Source of the DNA: a virus
DNA length: 64,000 bases
Virus record (IMG/VR): IMGVR_UViG_3300046744_000381
Location: 1 to 64,000 of that record
Reading direction: 5' to 3' (one strand)
The translations under genes were made by a program, and so were the position numbers. Position 1 is the first letter of the stretch; every line of letters begins with the position of its first letter. Positions 1 to 10,226 of the stretch are shown here, piece by piece. The notes beneath the pieces are model-generated. The model saw nothing but the letters and a program-made list of their open reading frames with translations. It had not been told where the DNA came from and did no database searches.

Positions 1-1
1 A

Positions 2-970
2 GACGAAGGACTAGGAAGTAGAGCATTTGAAATACCAGACGGTGAGGAAGAAATAGCTTTAACTGACGAAGAACTTGATATTGTTAGAGATCTAGCAAGC
101 CAAAAAGAAGACATTATTTTAGCAGCAGTTGACCTTATATTCGAACAAAACAATCCAAGTAAATTATACATTGACACAATTTATCCTGGATTCAAACAAC
201 AGACAGGTGAATTTATTGAATTTGAACTTGGTGGAAAAGGCGACAATGCGTGGACAAACAAATTCTTTTCTGAAAACACAACTGATAGCAATCCGTTAAT
301 GGCAAAACTATTAACAAAATTTGCTGAGAGTAAAGGCAAAAGTCCGTTAGAGGTAATTGCTTTTGTTGCACCAAAAGGTGTTGCAGATGAATTCAAAAAG
401 GCATTAGATAGAACTACATTCTTAGGTGTGTTTAATAATGTCGACGAGGAGCACCTTAGAAGACTTGTAAAATCATTAGTTAGCAGAGAAGATTTTGATC
501 TAGTAGACAAATATTTTGATGGTGATCTACAACGTGTAATAGAAGAAAAAGATTGGTGGAGATCAGACGAAGACTCACTGGCGCTATTAGATAAAATAGG
601 CATTAATCCCAAAGAACAAGACGCAGAGGATAACAAAGAAGAGATAATTAATTCCGTAGATGAAATTAGTAGTGTGCTTGACGAATTACAAAATTTCAGA
701 GGTGATATTGCGGGCAGAGGTGAGCTTATATCCTCAATTAATTTATTAGCATTTATGAAAAAACTCGAAGAATTATACAAGTCTGTAGGATTAGACGACG
801 AATACGGGAATGACAATACTATAGAAGATGCATTAAGCATACTTGAACCTTATCTGTTTAAGTATAACGATACTAGTATGAATGCTAGACTTGATGCTGC
901 ATTTAAAGATATACCAGATTTTGAAGAAGCAAGAGAAATTTATATGACATTATGGGAAGAATTCAATTAA
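2..970 (+). CDS. acidic hypothetical protein, 5' truncated by the window edge
   Basis: The frame of ORF 299..970 stays open back to position 2 (DEGLGSRAFEIPDGEEE...). No motif recognised. Confidence 0.75.
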   Translation, partial: DEGLGSRAFEIPDGEEEIALTDEELDIVRDLASQKEDIILAAVDLIFEQNNPSKLYIDTIYPGFKQQTGEFIEFELGGKGDNAWTNKFFSENTTDSNPLMAKLLTKFAESKGKSPLEVIAFVAPKGVADEFKKALDRTTFLGVFNNVDEEHLRRLVKSLVSREDFDLVDKYFDGDLQRVIEEKDWWRSDEDSLALLDKIGINPKEQDAEDNKEEIINSVDEISSVLDELQNFRGDIAGRGELISSINLLAFMKKLEELYKSVGLDDEYGNDNTIEDALSILEPYLFKYNDTSMNARLDAAFKDIPDFEEAREIYMTLWEEFN

Positions 971-1650
971 AAAAAACTATTGATGTTTACGATTTAGAAG
1001 AACGAGAACTTTACAAAAAACTTCCACACTTACATAAGTGGTGGAACAAATTATACCTAGCCGAAACAATGGGCTACAGTTGTGGTCCAGGTGCTACAGA
1101 AATTCCAGCAACAAAAGAATATGTAATTAGACCAATATATAACTTAGGCGGAATGGGTATTTGTACGACAATAAAGGTTTTAGAAAAGGGTGATATTTCA
1201 AGTGTACCTCCAGGATATTTTTGGTGCGAGTATTTTGAAGGTAGACATTTTTCAACAACATATTATAAAGAAGACAATGAATGGAAATGTTTGCATAATT
1301 GGCAAGGCTGGAATGATAAATCAAATGTAATTAAGTTTACAAGATGGAAAAAAAGTGATAGTATACCTGTACTACCAGAACCGTTAGCAGCAATAGATAT
1401 ACCTATAATAAATGTAGAATACAAAGAAAATAATCCTATAGAATTACATTTTAGACCTAGCGGTAATCCAGATGGAACATCAGAAGATAGATGGAATGAA
1501 TATATACCTATATGGCAAGATACATCAACAAGTTATAAAGAATCGCTTGTAACCGAAGGATATCAATGGATAGATAATCCTTACGAAGATTGGTACGAAG
1601 ATATCGAGCCATATTTCAAAGAACAAAGATTAGGGTATTATGTACGGTAG
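952..1650 (+). CDS. hypothetical phage protein, possibly ATP-grasp-like
   Basis: 232 aa. YVIRPIYNLGGMG and YFWCEYFEGRHFS resemble ATP-grasp segments (inference). Confidence 0.5.
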   Translation: MGRIQLKKTIDVYDLEERELYKKLPHLHKWWNKLYLAETMGYSCGPGATEIPATKEYVIRPIYNLGGMGICTTIKVLEKGDISSVPPGYFWCEYFEGRHFSTTYYKEDNEWKCLHNWQGWNDKSNVIKFTRWKKSDSIPVLPEPLAAIDIPIINVEYKENNPIELHFRPSGNPDGTSEDRWNEYIPIWQDTSTSYKESLVTEGYQWIDNPYEDWYEDIEPYFKEQRLGYYVR

Positions 1651-2086
1651 AATAGATTTATCTAAAATAGACTATGAGTTAGATCCGGATATTGTATCTG
1701 TAAGACCTACACTAAAAGAAGCCTCAGAAGTATTTGTAACATATTGTAAACACAAAAATTTCGAAAGTGTACATCCTTTATATCAAGATGATATCGATCT
1801 TTATGCTTGGAATTGTTTGTATGAAAATAACAAACTTATTGCTTGGGAGCAGACACTGCTCTATCCAAATGATAAAGTAGGATTTAGTCAACAATTTGCT
1901 TGGAATTATGAACAACCTTGGAAGCGTATTGGTTGGCGTTTTAGTCACCACGTTCCTGCTTGGATGAAGTCACAAGGATATAAGTATCTTTACTTAGGTG
2001 ACCACCAAGAATATAAAGCAGAAATTGTAGGATATGAAATATTGGCGCATATAGATAAACACGTAGACGGGTCATTTAAAGCTTGA
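1640..2086 (+). CDS. GNAT-fold protein resembling the C-terminal domain of Arg-tRNA-protein transferase
   Basis: QFAWNYEQPWKRIG...WMKSQGYKYLYLG...YK resembles the ATE_C ending. Confidence 0.45.
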   Translation: MYGRIDLSKIDYELDPDIVSVRPTLKEASEVFVTYCKHKNFESVHPLYQDDIDLYAWNCLYENNKLIAWEQTLLYPNDKVGFSQQFAWNYEQPWKRIGWRFSHHVPAWMKSQGYKYLYLGDHQEYKAEIVGYEILAHIDKHVDGSFKA

Positions 2087-2111
2087 CATTTTGACAATAT
2101 TCTATTATTAT
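2083..2111 (+). promoter_or_regulatory. sigma70-type promoter
   Basis: TTGACA-17 nt-TATTAT upstream of an AAGGAG RBS and the ATG at 2137. Confidence 0.6.
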
Positions 2112-2136
2112 AAAACAAATAACTAAGGAGTACTAT

Positions 2137-2403
2137 ATGAGTGACCGTGTGTATGGCCCTGAAGAAAAGGCCAAGTTAGAACGCCTGGTAAAAGAAGGCG
2201 TAACTGTATTACAAGAAATTGAAGATCTGCAGGGCGGACTAAAAGAAACTGTTAAAGCAGTTGCAGAAGAACTAGATGTAAAGCCAAGTCTTATTAATAA
2301 AGCAATAAAAGTTGCACAAAAGCGTGACTGGAGTAGAGTATCAGATGAATTTGAAGATCTGGAAACAATCGTAGCTACTACAGGTTACGATAAAAATGAA
2401 TAA
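2137..2403 (+). CDS. small dsDNA-binding protein (T4 DsbA/GapR-like)
   Basis: 88 aa helical protein with EIEDLQGGLKETVKAVAEELDVKPSLINKAIK. Strong RBS. Confidence 0.6.
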   Translation: MSDRVYGPEEKAKLERLVKEGVTVLQEIEDLQGGLKETVKAVAEELDVKPSLINKAIKVAQKRDWSRVSDEFEDLETIVATTGYDKNE

Positions 2404-2674
2404 AATAATAAACTTCTTTAAAGAAAGCTATAGACTTTCTCCCGTTGCATTCTATTGCGAACTAGTTGAAACTATATTGCTAGTTTCTGCGAGTGCAATT
2501 CTTACAGTAACAGTATTAGATCCTGCAACAAAGATTTTTATTCCGTTGTATCTAGTAGGTAGCATACTTGGTGTGGTTAGTACAATAATTCGCAAAGCAG
2601 GATTTGCCATTGTATTATGTGCTTGGTTTGTTGTAATGAATTCGATTGCTCTTGTACAGCTCTTTGTGCTATAA
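2396..2674 (+). CDS. small membrane protein
   Basis: Three hydrophobic segments. Overlaps the upstream stop. Confidence 0.7.
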   Translation: MNKIINFFKESYRLSPVAFYCELVETILLVSASAILTVTVLDPATKIFIPLYLVGSILGVVSTIIRKAGFAIVLCAWFVVMNSIALVQLFVL

Positions 2675-2694
2675 TATAAAAAAAAGGAATATAA

Positions 2695-5376
2695 ATGCCA
2701 TATGTAGATGCATTTTTTGATAGAGACGCTGATATTATTCGTGCAGTAGAACGCAAAGACGGAAAGCGACTTTATAATGAATATCAAGCCAAATACACTT
2801 GGTACTATGAAGATCCACGTGGCAAATACAAAAGCATCTTCGGTGATCCGTTACAACGTGTAGTATGTAAAAACACAAAAGACTTTCGAAAAGAACTTGC
2901 TATTAATAAAGGCAAGAATATGTTTGAATCGGATGTAAATCCTATATTTCAATGTTTAAGTGAAAATTACTTGAACCAAGATGCACCAAAGTTGAATGTG
3001 GCGTTTTGGGATATTGAAACTGACTTTGATCCAGAACGTGGATTTGCTCCAGTTGAAGATCCATTTATGCCTATTACTGCTATTACAGTACATTTGCAAT
3101 GGTTAGATATGTTAATTACAGTTGCTATGCCTCCCAAAGGGTTGCCAATTGAAGAAGCAAGGGCAATGTGTAAAGAACGCTGGGGCGATACTTGTATATT
3201 ATATCCGAATAGCAAACAAGGTGAAGGAGATATGCTGGAAGCATTTCTTGACCTAATTGAGGATGCTGATATTCATAGTGGTTGGAACAGCGAAGGCTAT
3301 GACGTTCCATACACTGTTAATAGAATACAACGTGTATTAAGCAAAGATGATACCAGACGTTTCTGTTTATGGGGGCAGTTGCCTAAGCGTAGAGAATATG
3401 AAAAGTTTGGCAAGACAAGTGAAACGTATGATACTATCGGAAGAGTACATATGGACTATCTTAACTTGTATCGCAAGTACACATATGAAGAACGTCACAC
3501 ATATAGACTAGACGCTATTGGTGAAATGGAAGTAGGCGAGAACAAGACTGTGTATGAAGGCACACTTGATCAGCTTTACAACAACGACTTTGAAAAGTTT
3601 ATTGAATACAACAGACAAGACGTTGCACTGCTAGACAAACTTGATAAGAAACTACGTTTTATTGATCTTGCAAATGAAATTGCGCACGACAACACAGTGC
3701 TATTACAAACAACAGCAGGTGCAGTTGCAGTTACAGAGCAAGCTATTGTTAACGAAGCACACAGGCGTGGTATGCAGGTGCCTAACAGAATGAATCACGA
3801 AGGCAACACAGCAGCAGCAGGCGCTTATGTTGCATTTCCAAAAAAAGGCGTACACGAGTGGATTGGTTCAATGGACTTAAACAGTCTGTATCCAAGTATT
3901 ATTCGTGCATTGAATATGGCGCCGGAAACTATTGTAGGACAGATTCGTCCAGTATTAACAGATGAGTTTTTGCACAATGCAACTACACTAGAAAAGAAAA
4001 GTTTTGCAGGTGCTTGGGAAGGCAAGTTTGCTACGCTAGAATATGATGCTGTAATGGAACAACGCAAAGATGTATCGTTGCACTTGGACTTGGAAGATGG
4101 CACCAGTCACGTACTAAGTGGTGCAGAGATTTGGAAACTAATTTTTGACAGTAATCAACCTTGGATGCTTAGTGCTAATGGTACAATTTTTACTACAGAA
4201 GTTGAAGGTGTTGTTCCAGGGTTACTAAAACGTTGGTATGCTGAACGTAAAGAACTACAAGCAAAAATGCGCAAAGCCATTGATGCAAACAATAGCACAG
4301 AAATAGCGTTTTGGGATAAAAGACAACTTGTTAAAAAGATTAACTTGAACAGTTTGTATGGTGCTATTCTTAATCCAGGTTGTAGATTTTTTGATAAACG
4401 TATCGGACAGAGTACAACACTAACAGGTAGATGTATTGCAAAACATATGAGTGCAGAAGTGAATAAGATTATTACCGGTGAATATAATCACGTCGGTAAA
4501 GCTATTATATACGGCGATACAGATTCTGTTTATTTTAGTGCATATCCTGTATTAAAAGATGAAATTGCTACAGGTAGTATTCCGTGGGGCAAAGACAATG
4601 TTATTACGCTGTATGATCAATTATGCGAACAAGCAAACACAACTTTCCCAGACTTTATGCGTGAAGCCTTCCATTGTCCACGTCCACGCAGTGAAGTGAT
4701 TGCAGCAGCAAGAGAAGTTGTTGCAGACACAGGCTTGTTTATTACAAAGAAACGTTATGCAGTGCGTGTTTATGACTTAGAAGGCGATAGAAAAGACAAA
4801 GAAGGTAGTTTAGGTAAAGTTAAGGCAATGGGCTTGGACTTGAAACGCAGTGATACCCCTGTGTTTATGCAAGACTATTTGAAAACATTGCTTGATAGGG
4901 TATTAGGACTAGAAGATGAAAAAAATCTATTAGAAAGTATTAGTGAGTTTAGGCGTGAGTTTAAAGAACGTCCGGGTTTTGAAAAAGGTTCACCCAAACG
5001 TGCAAATAAGATTGGACACTATCAACGTCTTGAAGAAAAGCAAGGTAAAGCAAATATGCCTGGACACGTAAGAGCAAGTATCAATTGGAATACACTTAAA
5101 CGTATGAACGGCGACAAGTATTCACAAGAGATTGTAGATGGTATGAAAGTTATTGTTTGCAAACTAAAACAGAATCCACTGGGGTATACAAGTGTAGCAT
5201 ATCCAACAGACGAATTACGTATTCCAGAATGGTTCAAGGAACTGCCATTTGATGGCGATGCAATGGAAGAAGTTATTATTGACAACAAACTAGACAACTT
5301 GATTGGCGTGTTGAAATATGATTTAGAAAGCACAAAACAAAAAACAACATTTAATAATTTATTTGAATGGAATTAA
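2695..5376 (+). CDS. polB: family B DNA polymerase with 3'-5' exonuclease
   Basis: Exo motifs WDIETD, GWNSEGYD and YNRQDV. Pol motifs MDLNSLYPS, KINLNSLYG, YGDTDS and KKRY. Confidence 0.97.
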   Translation: MPYVDAFFDRDADIIRAVERKDGKRLYNEYQAKYTWYYEDPRGKYKSIFGDPLQRVVCKNTKDFRKELAINKGKNMFESDVNPIFQCLSENYLNQDAPKLNVAFWDIETDFDPERGFAPVEDPFMPITAITVHLQWLDMLITVAMPPKGLPIEEARAMCKERWGDTCILYPNSKQGEGDMLEAFLDLIEDADIHSGWNSEGYDVPYTVNRIQRVLSKDDTRRFCLWGQLPKRREYEKFGKTSETYDTIGRVHMDYLNLYRKYTYEERHTYRLDAIGEMEVGENKTVYEGTLDQLYNNDFEKFIEYNRQDVALLDKLDKKLRFIDLANEIAHDNTVLLQTTAGAVAVTEQAIVNEAHRRGMQVPNRMNHEGNTAAAGAYVAFPKKGVHEWIGSMDLNSLYPSIIRALNMAPETIVGQIRPVLTDEFLHNATTLEKKSFAGAWEGKFATLEYDAVMEQRKDVSLHLDLEDGTSHVLSGAEIWKLIFDSNQPWMLSANGTIFTTEVEGVVPGLLKRWYAERKELQAKMRKAIDANNSTEIAFWDKRQLVKKINLNSLYGAILNPGCRFFDKRIGQSTTLTGRCIAKHMSAEVNKIITGEYNHVGKAIIYGDTDSVYFSAYPVLKDEIATGSIPWGKDNVITLYDQLCEQANTTFPDFMREAFHCPRPRSEVIAAAREVVADTGLFITKKRYAVRVYDLEGDRKDKEGSLGKVKAMGLDLKRSDTPVFMQDYLKTLLDRVLGLEDEKNLLESISEFRREFKERPGFEKGSPKRANKIGHYQRLEEKQGKANMPGHVRASINWNTLKRMNGDKYSQEIVDGMKVIVCKLKQNPLGYTSVAYPTDELRIPEWFKELPFDGDAMEEVIIDNKLDNLIGVLKYDLESTKQKTTFNNLFEWN

Positions 5377-5756
5377 TACAAATGACTACAGAAGCTATCA
5401 ACAAACGACGATATAAGTCACGATTAAAAGCAGGTGATAATTTCCAAATTGCTGGCGACATTATTAAAGATGACAAAAGATATCGTGTAGTAGACAACAC
5501 TGAACTTACCAACTTAGTAGTAAGCACTACTAGGTTAAATGCAAAACAAAGTACAACAGGACATATGCACGCCGGCCAAGAAGAAGTATATATCTTTACA
5601 AAGGGTGAAGGCAAAATGTCACTTGATGGCGATGACATCAAAGTAAAAGCTGGCAGTACTGTATTAATACACGATAATGTATTTCATAGAGTACATAACA
5701 CAAGCGACACTGCATTAGAGTTTACGTGTGTATTTGACGGAAAGAGACACAAATGA
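5367..5756 (+). CDS. cupin domain protein (sugar isomerase-like)
   Basis: Cupin motifs GHMHAGQEEVYIFTKGEG and IHDNVFHRVHN. Confidence 0.8.
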   Translation: MELIQMTTEAINKRRYKSRLKAGDNFQIAGDIIKDDKRYRVVDNTELTNLVVSTTRLNAKQSTTGHMHAGQEEVYIFTKGEGKMSLDGDDIKVKAGSTVLIHDNVFHRVHNTSDTALEFTCVFDGKRHK

Positions 5757-6163
5757 AAGTAGGATTTACTTGTAGTACTTTTGATTTGTTACACGCAGGA
5801 CATATTGGTATGTTGCGTGAAGCAAAGGCAAATTGCGATTATCTTATTGTAGGACTGCAAAGTGATCCTACAATTGATAGACCTGATACAAAAAATAAGC
5901 CTGTACAAACAATGGTAGAACGTTATGCACAACTTAATGGACTTAAATTTGTAGATGAAATTGTTCCGTATCAAACAGAGGAAGACTTGATAGACATACT
6001 AGAACTGTTTCAAATAGATGTTAGATTCTTAGGCGAAGAATATAGAGAAAAAGAATTTACTGGTAGAGCTACTTGTGCCGCAAGAGGAATTGAAGTACAC
6101 TTTAATAGACGTGAACACCGTTTTAGCACAAGTGATTTAAGAAGAAGGGTATGTGACAGATGA
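5753..6163 (+). CDS. cytidylyltransferase family protein (TagD/RfaE-like)
   Basis: HxGH motif in TFDLLHAGH, plus LIVGLQSD and C-terminal FSTS. Confidence 0.88.
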   Translation: MKVGFTCSTFDLLHAGHIGMLREAKANCDYLIVGLQSDPTIDRPDTKNKPVQTMVERYAQLNGLKFVDEIVPYQTEEDLIDILELFQIDVRFLGEEYREKEFTGRATCAARGIEVHFNRREHRFSTSDLRRRVCDR

Positions 6164-6873
6164 ATAAATTTATATTCGATGTTGATGGCACACTTACACC
6201 AAGTAGACAAAAAATAGATCCAGAATTTAAAGAGTTTTTTAAATCATTTATGGCACACAACAAAGTTTGGCTAGTTACCGGAAGTGATTATGCAAAAACT
6301 GTAGAACAATTAGGAAAAGATATTACCGAGTCGGTAGTTACGTGTTACAATTGTAGTGGTAACGATGTATGGTTCAAGGGCAAACGTGTGAATAGTAAGA
6401 ATTTTTCAGCTCCTAAAGAATTATATAATCTTATGGAGGGATGGTTGCAGGCAAGTCCATTTCCTTTGCGTACTGGTAATCATATTGAAGAACGCACAGG
6501 AACTATTAATTTTAGTATAATAGGACGCAATTGTAATTTACAACAACGAAAACTATATATTAAACACGATTTAGCAAACAAAGAACGTGAAAGTATTTCA
6601 CTAGAAATTAATATGAAATTTCCAGATATTACTGCTACTGTTGGTGGGGAAACTGGAATAGACATTTACAATAAAGGCGCAGATAAAAGTCAAATACTTG
6701 ATGATTTTAACAACGATGATAAAATTTACTTCTTTGGTGATAAAGTATCTCCAGGAGGCAACGATTGGCCGCTTGCAGTAAAACTAGACAAAAATCGTTG
6801 TTTTAATGTAAAAGATTGGCGAGACACGTGGGAAAGATTAAGTTACTTTCAGGAGGCAAAGTTAGCAGGATGA
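6160..6873 (+). CDS. HAD-IIB phosphomannomutase-like enzyme
   Basis: FDVDGTLT, VTGSD, IEERTGTINFS, GGETGIDI and FFGDKVSPGGND match the eukaryote-type PMM signature. Confidence 0.88.
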   Translation: MNKFIFDVDGTLTPSRQKIDPEFKEFFKSFMAHNKVWLVTGSDYAKTVEQLGKDITESVVTCYNCSGNDVWFKGKRVNSKNFSAPKELYNLMEGWLQASPFPLRTGNHIEERTGTINFSIIGRNCNLQQRKLYIKHDLANKERESISLEINMKFPDITATVGGETGIDIYNKGADKSQILDDFNNDDKIYFFGDKVSPGGNDWPLAVKLDKNRCFNVKDWRDTWERLSYFQEAKLAG

Positions 6874-7631
6874 TTATAGCAGGGTATGGATTTGTAGGCA
6901 AAGCACACGAACTATTATTTACAGGTCATAGGCGAGAAATTTTAATATACGATCCTCCAAAAAATATGCACGCCGACTTAGAAAATACAAGTGCTGTTAT
7001 TATTTGTGTACCAACGCCGCCAGCAGATGATGGTACTTGCGATATGAGTGCAGTTTTTGATGTTGTATCTAAAATACCCGATTATACGCCAATAATGATT
7101 AAAAGCACAATAAGTTTAGACGGATGGCACAGTTTAAAGGAAAAATTTCCTAATCATAGATTATGTTTTAGTCCAGAGTTTTTACGGGCTGCAAACTTTA
7201 TGAACGATGTTAAACATCTCGACAGTGTTATTTTAAGTGGTGATACAGATTATTGGAGAGACCAATATAGTTACAATTGGTCTAAGATGCAGTTAGCTAT
7301 TGTTAAGCCAGAAGAAGCTATTGCAATAAAATATTTTCGTAATGCATTTTTAGCAACTAAAGTTAGTTTCTTTAACGAAATATACGATTTCTGTGAAGGA
7401 CATAATATAAACTTTAATCAAGTCCGAGCAGGAGTAGCATCAGATGATCGCATATCTGATAGTCATACCTATGTATATCCAGAAGATGGTATCAGAGGCT
7501 GGGGAGGCCATTGCTTTCCCAAAGACACAAGTGCGCTATTAAAAATGGCAGCAGAAAAAAATATTAATCTAAATACACTGTCAGCGGCAGTGTATTACAA
7601 CACAAAACTAAAACAATTACTTGACAACTAA
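6870..7631 (+). CDS. UDP-glucose/GDP-mannose dehydrogenase family, short form lacking the C-terminal domain
   Basis: GYGFVG, ICVPTP, IKST, FSPEFLR, KYFRNAFLATKVSFFNE and GWGGHCFPKD. Start moved to the ATG overlapping the upstream stop. Confidence 0.88.
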   Translation: MIIAGYGFVGKAHELLFTGHRREILIYDPPKNMHADLENTSAVIICVPTPPADDGTCDMSAVFDVVSKIPDYTPIMIKSTISLDGWHSLKEKFPNHRLCFSPEFLRAANFMNDVKHLDSVILSGDTDYWRDQYSYNWSKMQLAIVKPEEAIAIKYFRNAFLATKVSFFNEIYDFCEGHNINFNQVRAGVASDDRISDSHTYVYPEDGIRGWGGHCFPKDTSALLKMAAEKNINLNTLSAAVYYNTKLKQLLDN

Positions 7632-7649
7632 GGCAAAATTTAGTATAAT
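7621..7649 (+). promoter_or_regulatory. consensus sigma70 promoter
   Basis: TTGACA-17 nt-TATAAT upstream of AGGAG and the ATG at 7671. Confidence 0.85.
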
Positions 7650-7670
7650 ACAACGATACAGGAGAACACT

Positions 7671-8399
7671 ATGCAAGATATTCTACAAGACATTGTGAGT
7701 CATACACACAGATTAGGTTTTATTACTACATTGAAGGTTACAGCAGAAGACGATACTCAAATTGATAGTATGGCTGATGATCGTAGTGTAATTATGACTG
7801 CAACAACACATTCACCGGTTGGAGAATTTGTTGGTACATTTGGTATGCCAGATTTAGGCAAACTGGATTATCATTTAAAGAATCCAGAGTACAAAGATGA
7901 AGCAAAAATTGAAGTTGTGCAAGCCGAGCGCAACGGCGAAGTTATGCCAACACATATTCATTTTGAAAACAAAGCAGGCGATTTTGAAAATGATTATCGC
8001 TTTATGAACAAAGCAATCATTGAAGAAAAACTAAAAAGCGTTAAATTTAAAGTTAACACATATGACGTAGAGATTCAGCCTAATATGGCAGCAATTGAAC
8101 GTATGAAACTTATGTCTGGCGCACACAGCGAAGAAACAGTATTTCAAGTAAAAACAGAAGACGGTAATTTAAACTTTTACTTTGGAGACGAAGCTACACA
8201 CGCAGGTACATTTACTTTTGAATACGGCATTACAGGTTCATTAACACATACTTGGGCTTGGCCTGTGGCACAAACACTTGCTATTTTGAATTTAGATGGC
8301 GACAAAACAATGAGTATTACAGATCAAGGCGCTATGAAGATTAGCGTAGACAGCGGTATGGCAACATACGACTATATCCTTCCAGCACAACAAAAATAA
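7671..8399 (+). CDS. probable DNA polymerase sliding clamp (gp45/PCNA-like)
   Basis: 242 aa, acidic, beta-rich. Ends with a clamp-like YDYILPA. Replication context. Confidence 0.6.
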   Translation: MQDILQDIVSHTHRLGFITTLKVTAEDDTQIDSMADDRSVIMTATTHSPVGEFVGTFGMPDLGKLDYHLKNPEYKDEAKIEVVQAERNGEVMPTHIHFENKAGDFENDYRFMNKAIIEEKLKSVKFKVNTYDVEIQPNMAAIERMKLMSGAHSEETVFQVKTEDGNLNFYFGDEATHAGTFTFEYGITGSLTHTWAWPVAQTLAILNLDGDKTMSITDQGAMKISVDSGMATYDYILPAQQK

Positions 8400-9856
8400 T
8401 GAAAACAAATCTTACTGAAACACAAAATGATTATGCTGTATTTTTGCCTAGTATAAGTGGCTTTTATGCTACGTTTGTAGGCAAACAACGTTATGGCGAA
8501 TACGTTGATTACAATCGTGTTCCAGCTGGCTTAAATGGTGTAGAAGGTCTTAACTTTTTGAACTCTAAAGAAGGAGCGTTCCACTATAAATGGGCGCTCT
8601 ATTCTGCAGGACACGCAGACTTAGATGTAAATAAGCACGTTGAAAAAGAAGATATGTTGCGAAACCGAGATAGAGAAAATAGTTGGTTGTTAGGCGACTC
8701 TGGTGGTTTTCAAATTGCTAAAGGACTTTGGGAAGGCGACTGGACTAATCCAAATTGTCCAAAAGCTGCCAAAAAGCGTGAACTGGTTGTAAACTGGATG
8801 GAAGAGTATATGGACTACGGAATGATGTTGGATATTCCAACTTGGACATTCCAAGATCCTAAAGCAGCAAAAGCAGCAAACATTCACAGTTATCAAGATG
8901 CTGTAGATGCAACACACATTAATGCAAAATACTATATGGCTAATAGACGTGGCAACTTCAAAGTGCTAAACGTGTTGCAAGGCAGCAATCACGCTGATGC
9001 AGACAGTTGGTATGAAGAATTCAAAGACTATTGTGATCCTGCAAAATACCCAGAAACACACTTTGATGGATGGGCAATGGGTGGACAAAATATGTGCGAT
9101 GTTGATCTAATTTTGCGTAGACTTGTTCATCAAATACACGATGGATTATTAGAAGAAGGTGTACACGATGTAATGCACTTCTTGGGTACAAGTAAATTAG
9201 AATGGGCTGTGTTGCTAACAGATATTCAACGTGCAGTGCGTAAGTATCATAATAAAAACTTTATGATTACATATGACTGTGCAAGCCCTTTTTTAGCAAC
9301 TGCAAATGGACAAGTGTATCATACTATACGTATTGAAGATCGCGGTAAGTGGAGCTATATGATGGCGCCGGGTGCAGATGATAAAAAGTATGCCACAGAT
9401 AGTAGATTATTTAAAGATGTGGTAGAAACAGACGGAATACTAAAAGCGTTTGAAGATTCGCCTATTAGTAAACATTGCAAAGTAAGTGATATTTGTTATT
9501 ACAAACCAGGCGATGTAAATAAAATTGGAAAGGAAGGTAAAACTTCTTGGGACTCATTTAGTTATGCATTACAAATGGGCCACAATGTATGGACGCATAT
9601 AGAAAGTACACAACGAGCAAATGAACGTTATGATACAGGACAATATCCATATATGTTAATCGATGAGCGTTTTGAACGTATTGAATTTAAACAAGTTGTA
9701 GATGAAATTTTTAGTCTTAAAGATAGACAAAAAAGTTTAGATCTAATCACTAAATATTCAAAGTTCTGGATGCAAGTAATTGGTACAAGACTTAATGTTG
9801 GTAAGAAAACAGTAAATGCCAGCACTAAGTTTGGAGAACTATTTGAGGAGACTTAA
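8399..9856 (+). CDS. dpdA: tRNA-guanine transglycosylase-family protein, probable DNA 7-deazaguanine insertase (DpdA-like)
   Basis: TGT motifs LGDSGGFQ, MMLDIP, NVLQG, GWAMGG, HFLGT and TYDCASP. Linked to folE and queE. Confidence 0.75.
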   Translation: MKTNLTETQNDYAVFLPSISGFYATFVGKQRYGEYVDYNRVPAGLNGVEGLNFLNSKEGAFHYKWALYSAGHADLDVNKHVEKEDMLRNRDRENSWLLGDSGGFQIAKGLWEGDWTNPNCPKAAKKRELVVNWMEEYMDYGMMLDIPTWTFQDPKAAKAANIHSYQDAVDATHINAKYYMANRRGNFKVLNVLQGSNHADADSWYEEFKDYCDPAKYPETHFDGWAMGGQNMCDVDLILRRLVHQIHDGLLEEGVHDVMHFLGTSKLEWAVLLTDIQRAVRKYHNKNFMITYDCASPFLATANGQVYHTIRIEDRGKWSYMMAPGADDKKYATDSRLFKDVVETDGILKAFEDSPISKHCKVSDICYYKPGDVNKIGKEGKTSWDSFSYALQMGHNVWTHIESTQRANERYDTGQYPYMLIDERFERIEFKQVVDEIFSLKDRQKSLDLITKYSKFWMQVIGTRLNVGKKTVNASTKFGELFEET

Positions 9857-10066
9857 ATGTCAGATGTTGGAAAATTAAAAGCGCACTTAGACGAATTAAG
9901 AAAAAAACATAAAGAACTTGACATAGAAATACAAAAACTGTATACTCATCATATTACAGAAGAATTAAGAAGATTGAAAACTGAAAAACTTTGGTTAAAA
10001 GATGAGATTTATAGAATTGAAAAACAATTGGTAGAACAAGGTGTATATGTAAATGGATATCACTGA
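9857..10066 (+). CDS. small coiled-coil protein (DUF465-like)
   Basis: KKHKELDIEI...LKTEKLWLKDEI pattern. Confidence 0.65.
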   Translation: MSDVGKLKAHLDELRKKHKELDIEIQKLYTHHITEELRRLKTEKLWLKDEIYRIEKQLVEQGVYVNGYH

Positions 10067-10226
10067 AAAAGAACTGCGTATAACTACTTTAGAAATGGCG
10101 GTAGAAGATTTGGATAAAATTATTGCTAATATGAAAGAAAAAAATTATCCAGATGCAGAAATCAACGAATATGTAAAAAAACGTTGGAACACTTGGAATG
10201 AAATATATCAGGTAAAAAAACAATGA
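10053..10226 (+). CDS. 57 aa hypothetical protein (not in ORF track)
   Basis: MDITEKELRITTLEMAVEDLDK... fills the gap and overlaps both neighbours. Confidence 0.6.
   Translation: MDITEKELRITTLEMAVEDLDKIIANMKEKNYPDAEINEYVKKRWNTWNEIYQVKKQ

Noticed and set aside
2695-5376. Intein or intron in the DNA polymerase
   Set aside because: Continuous ORF of normal size with no splicing or homing-endonuclease motifs.
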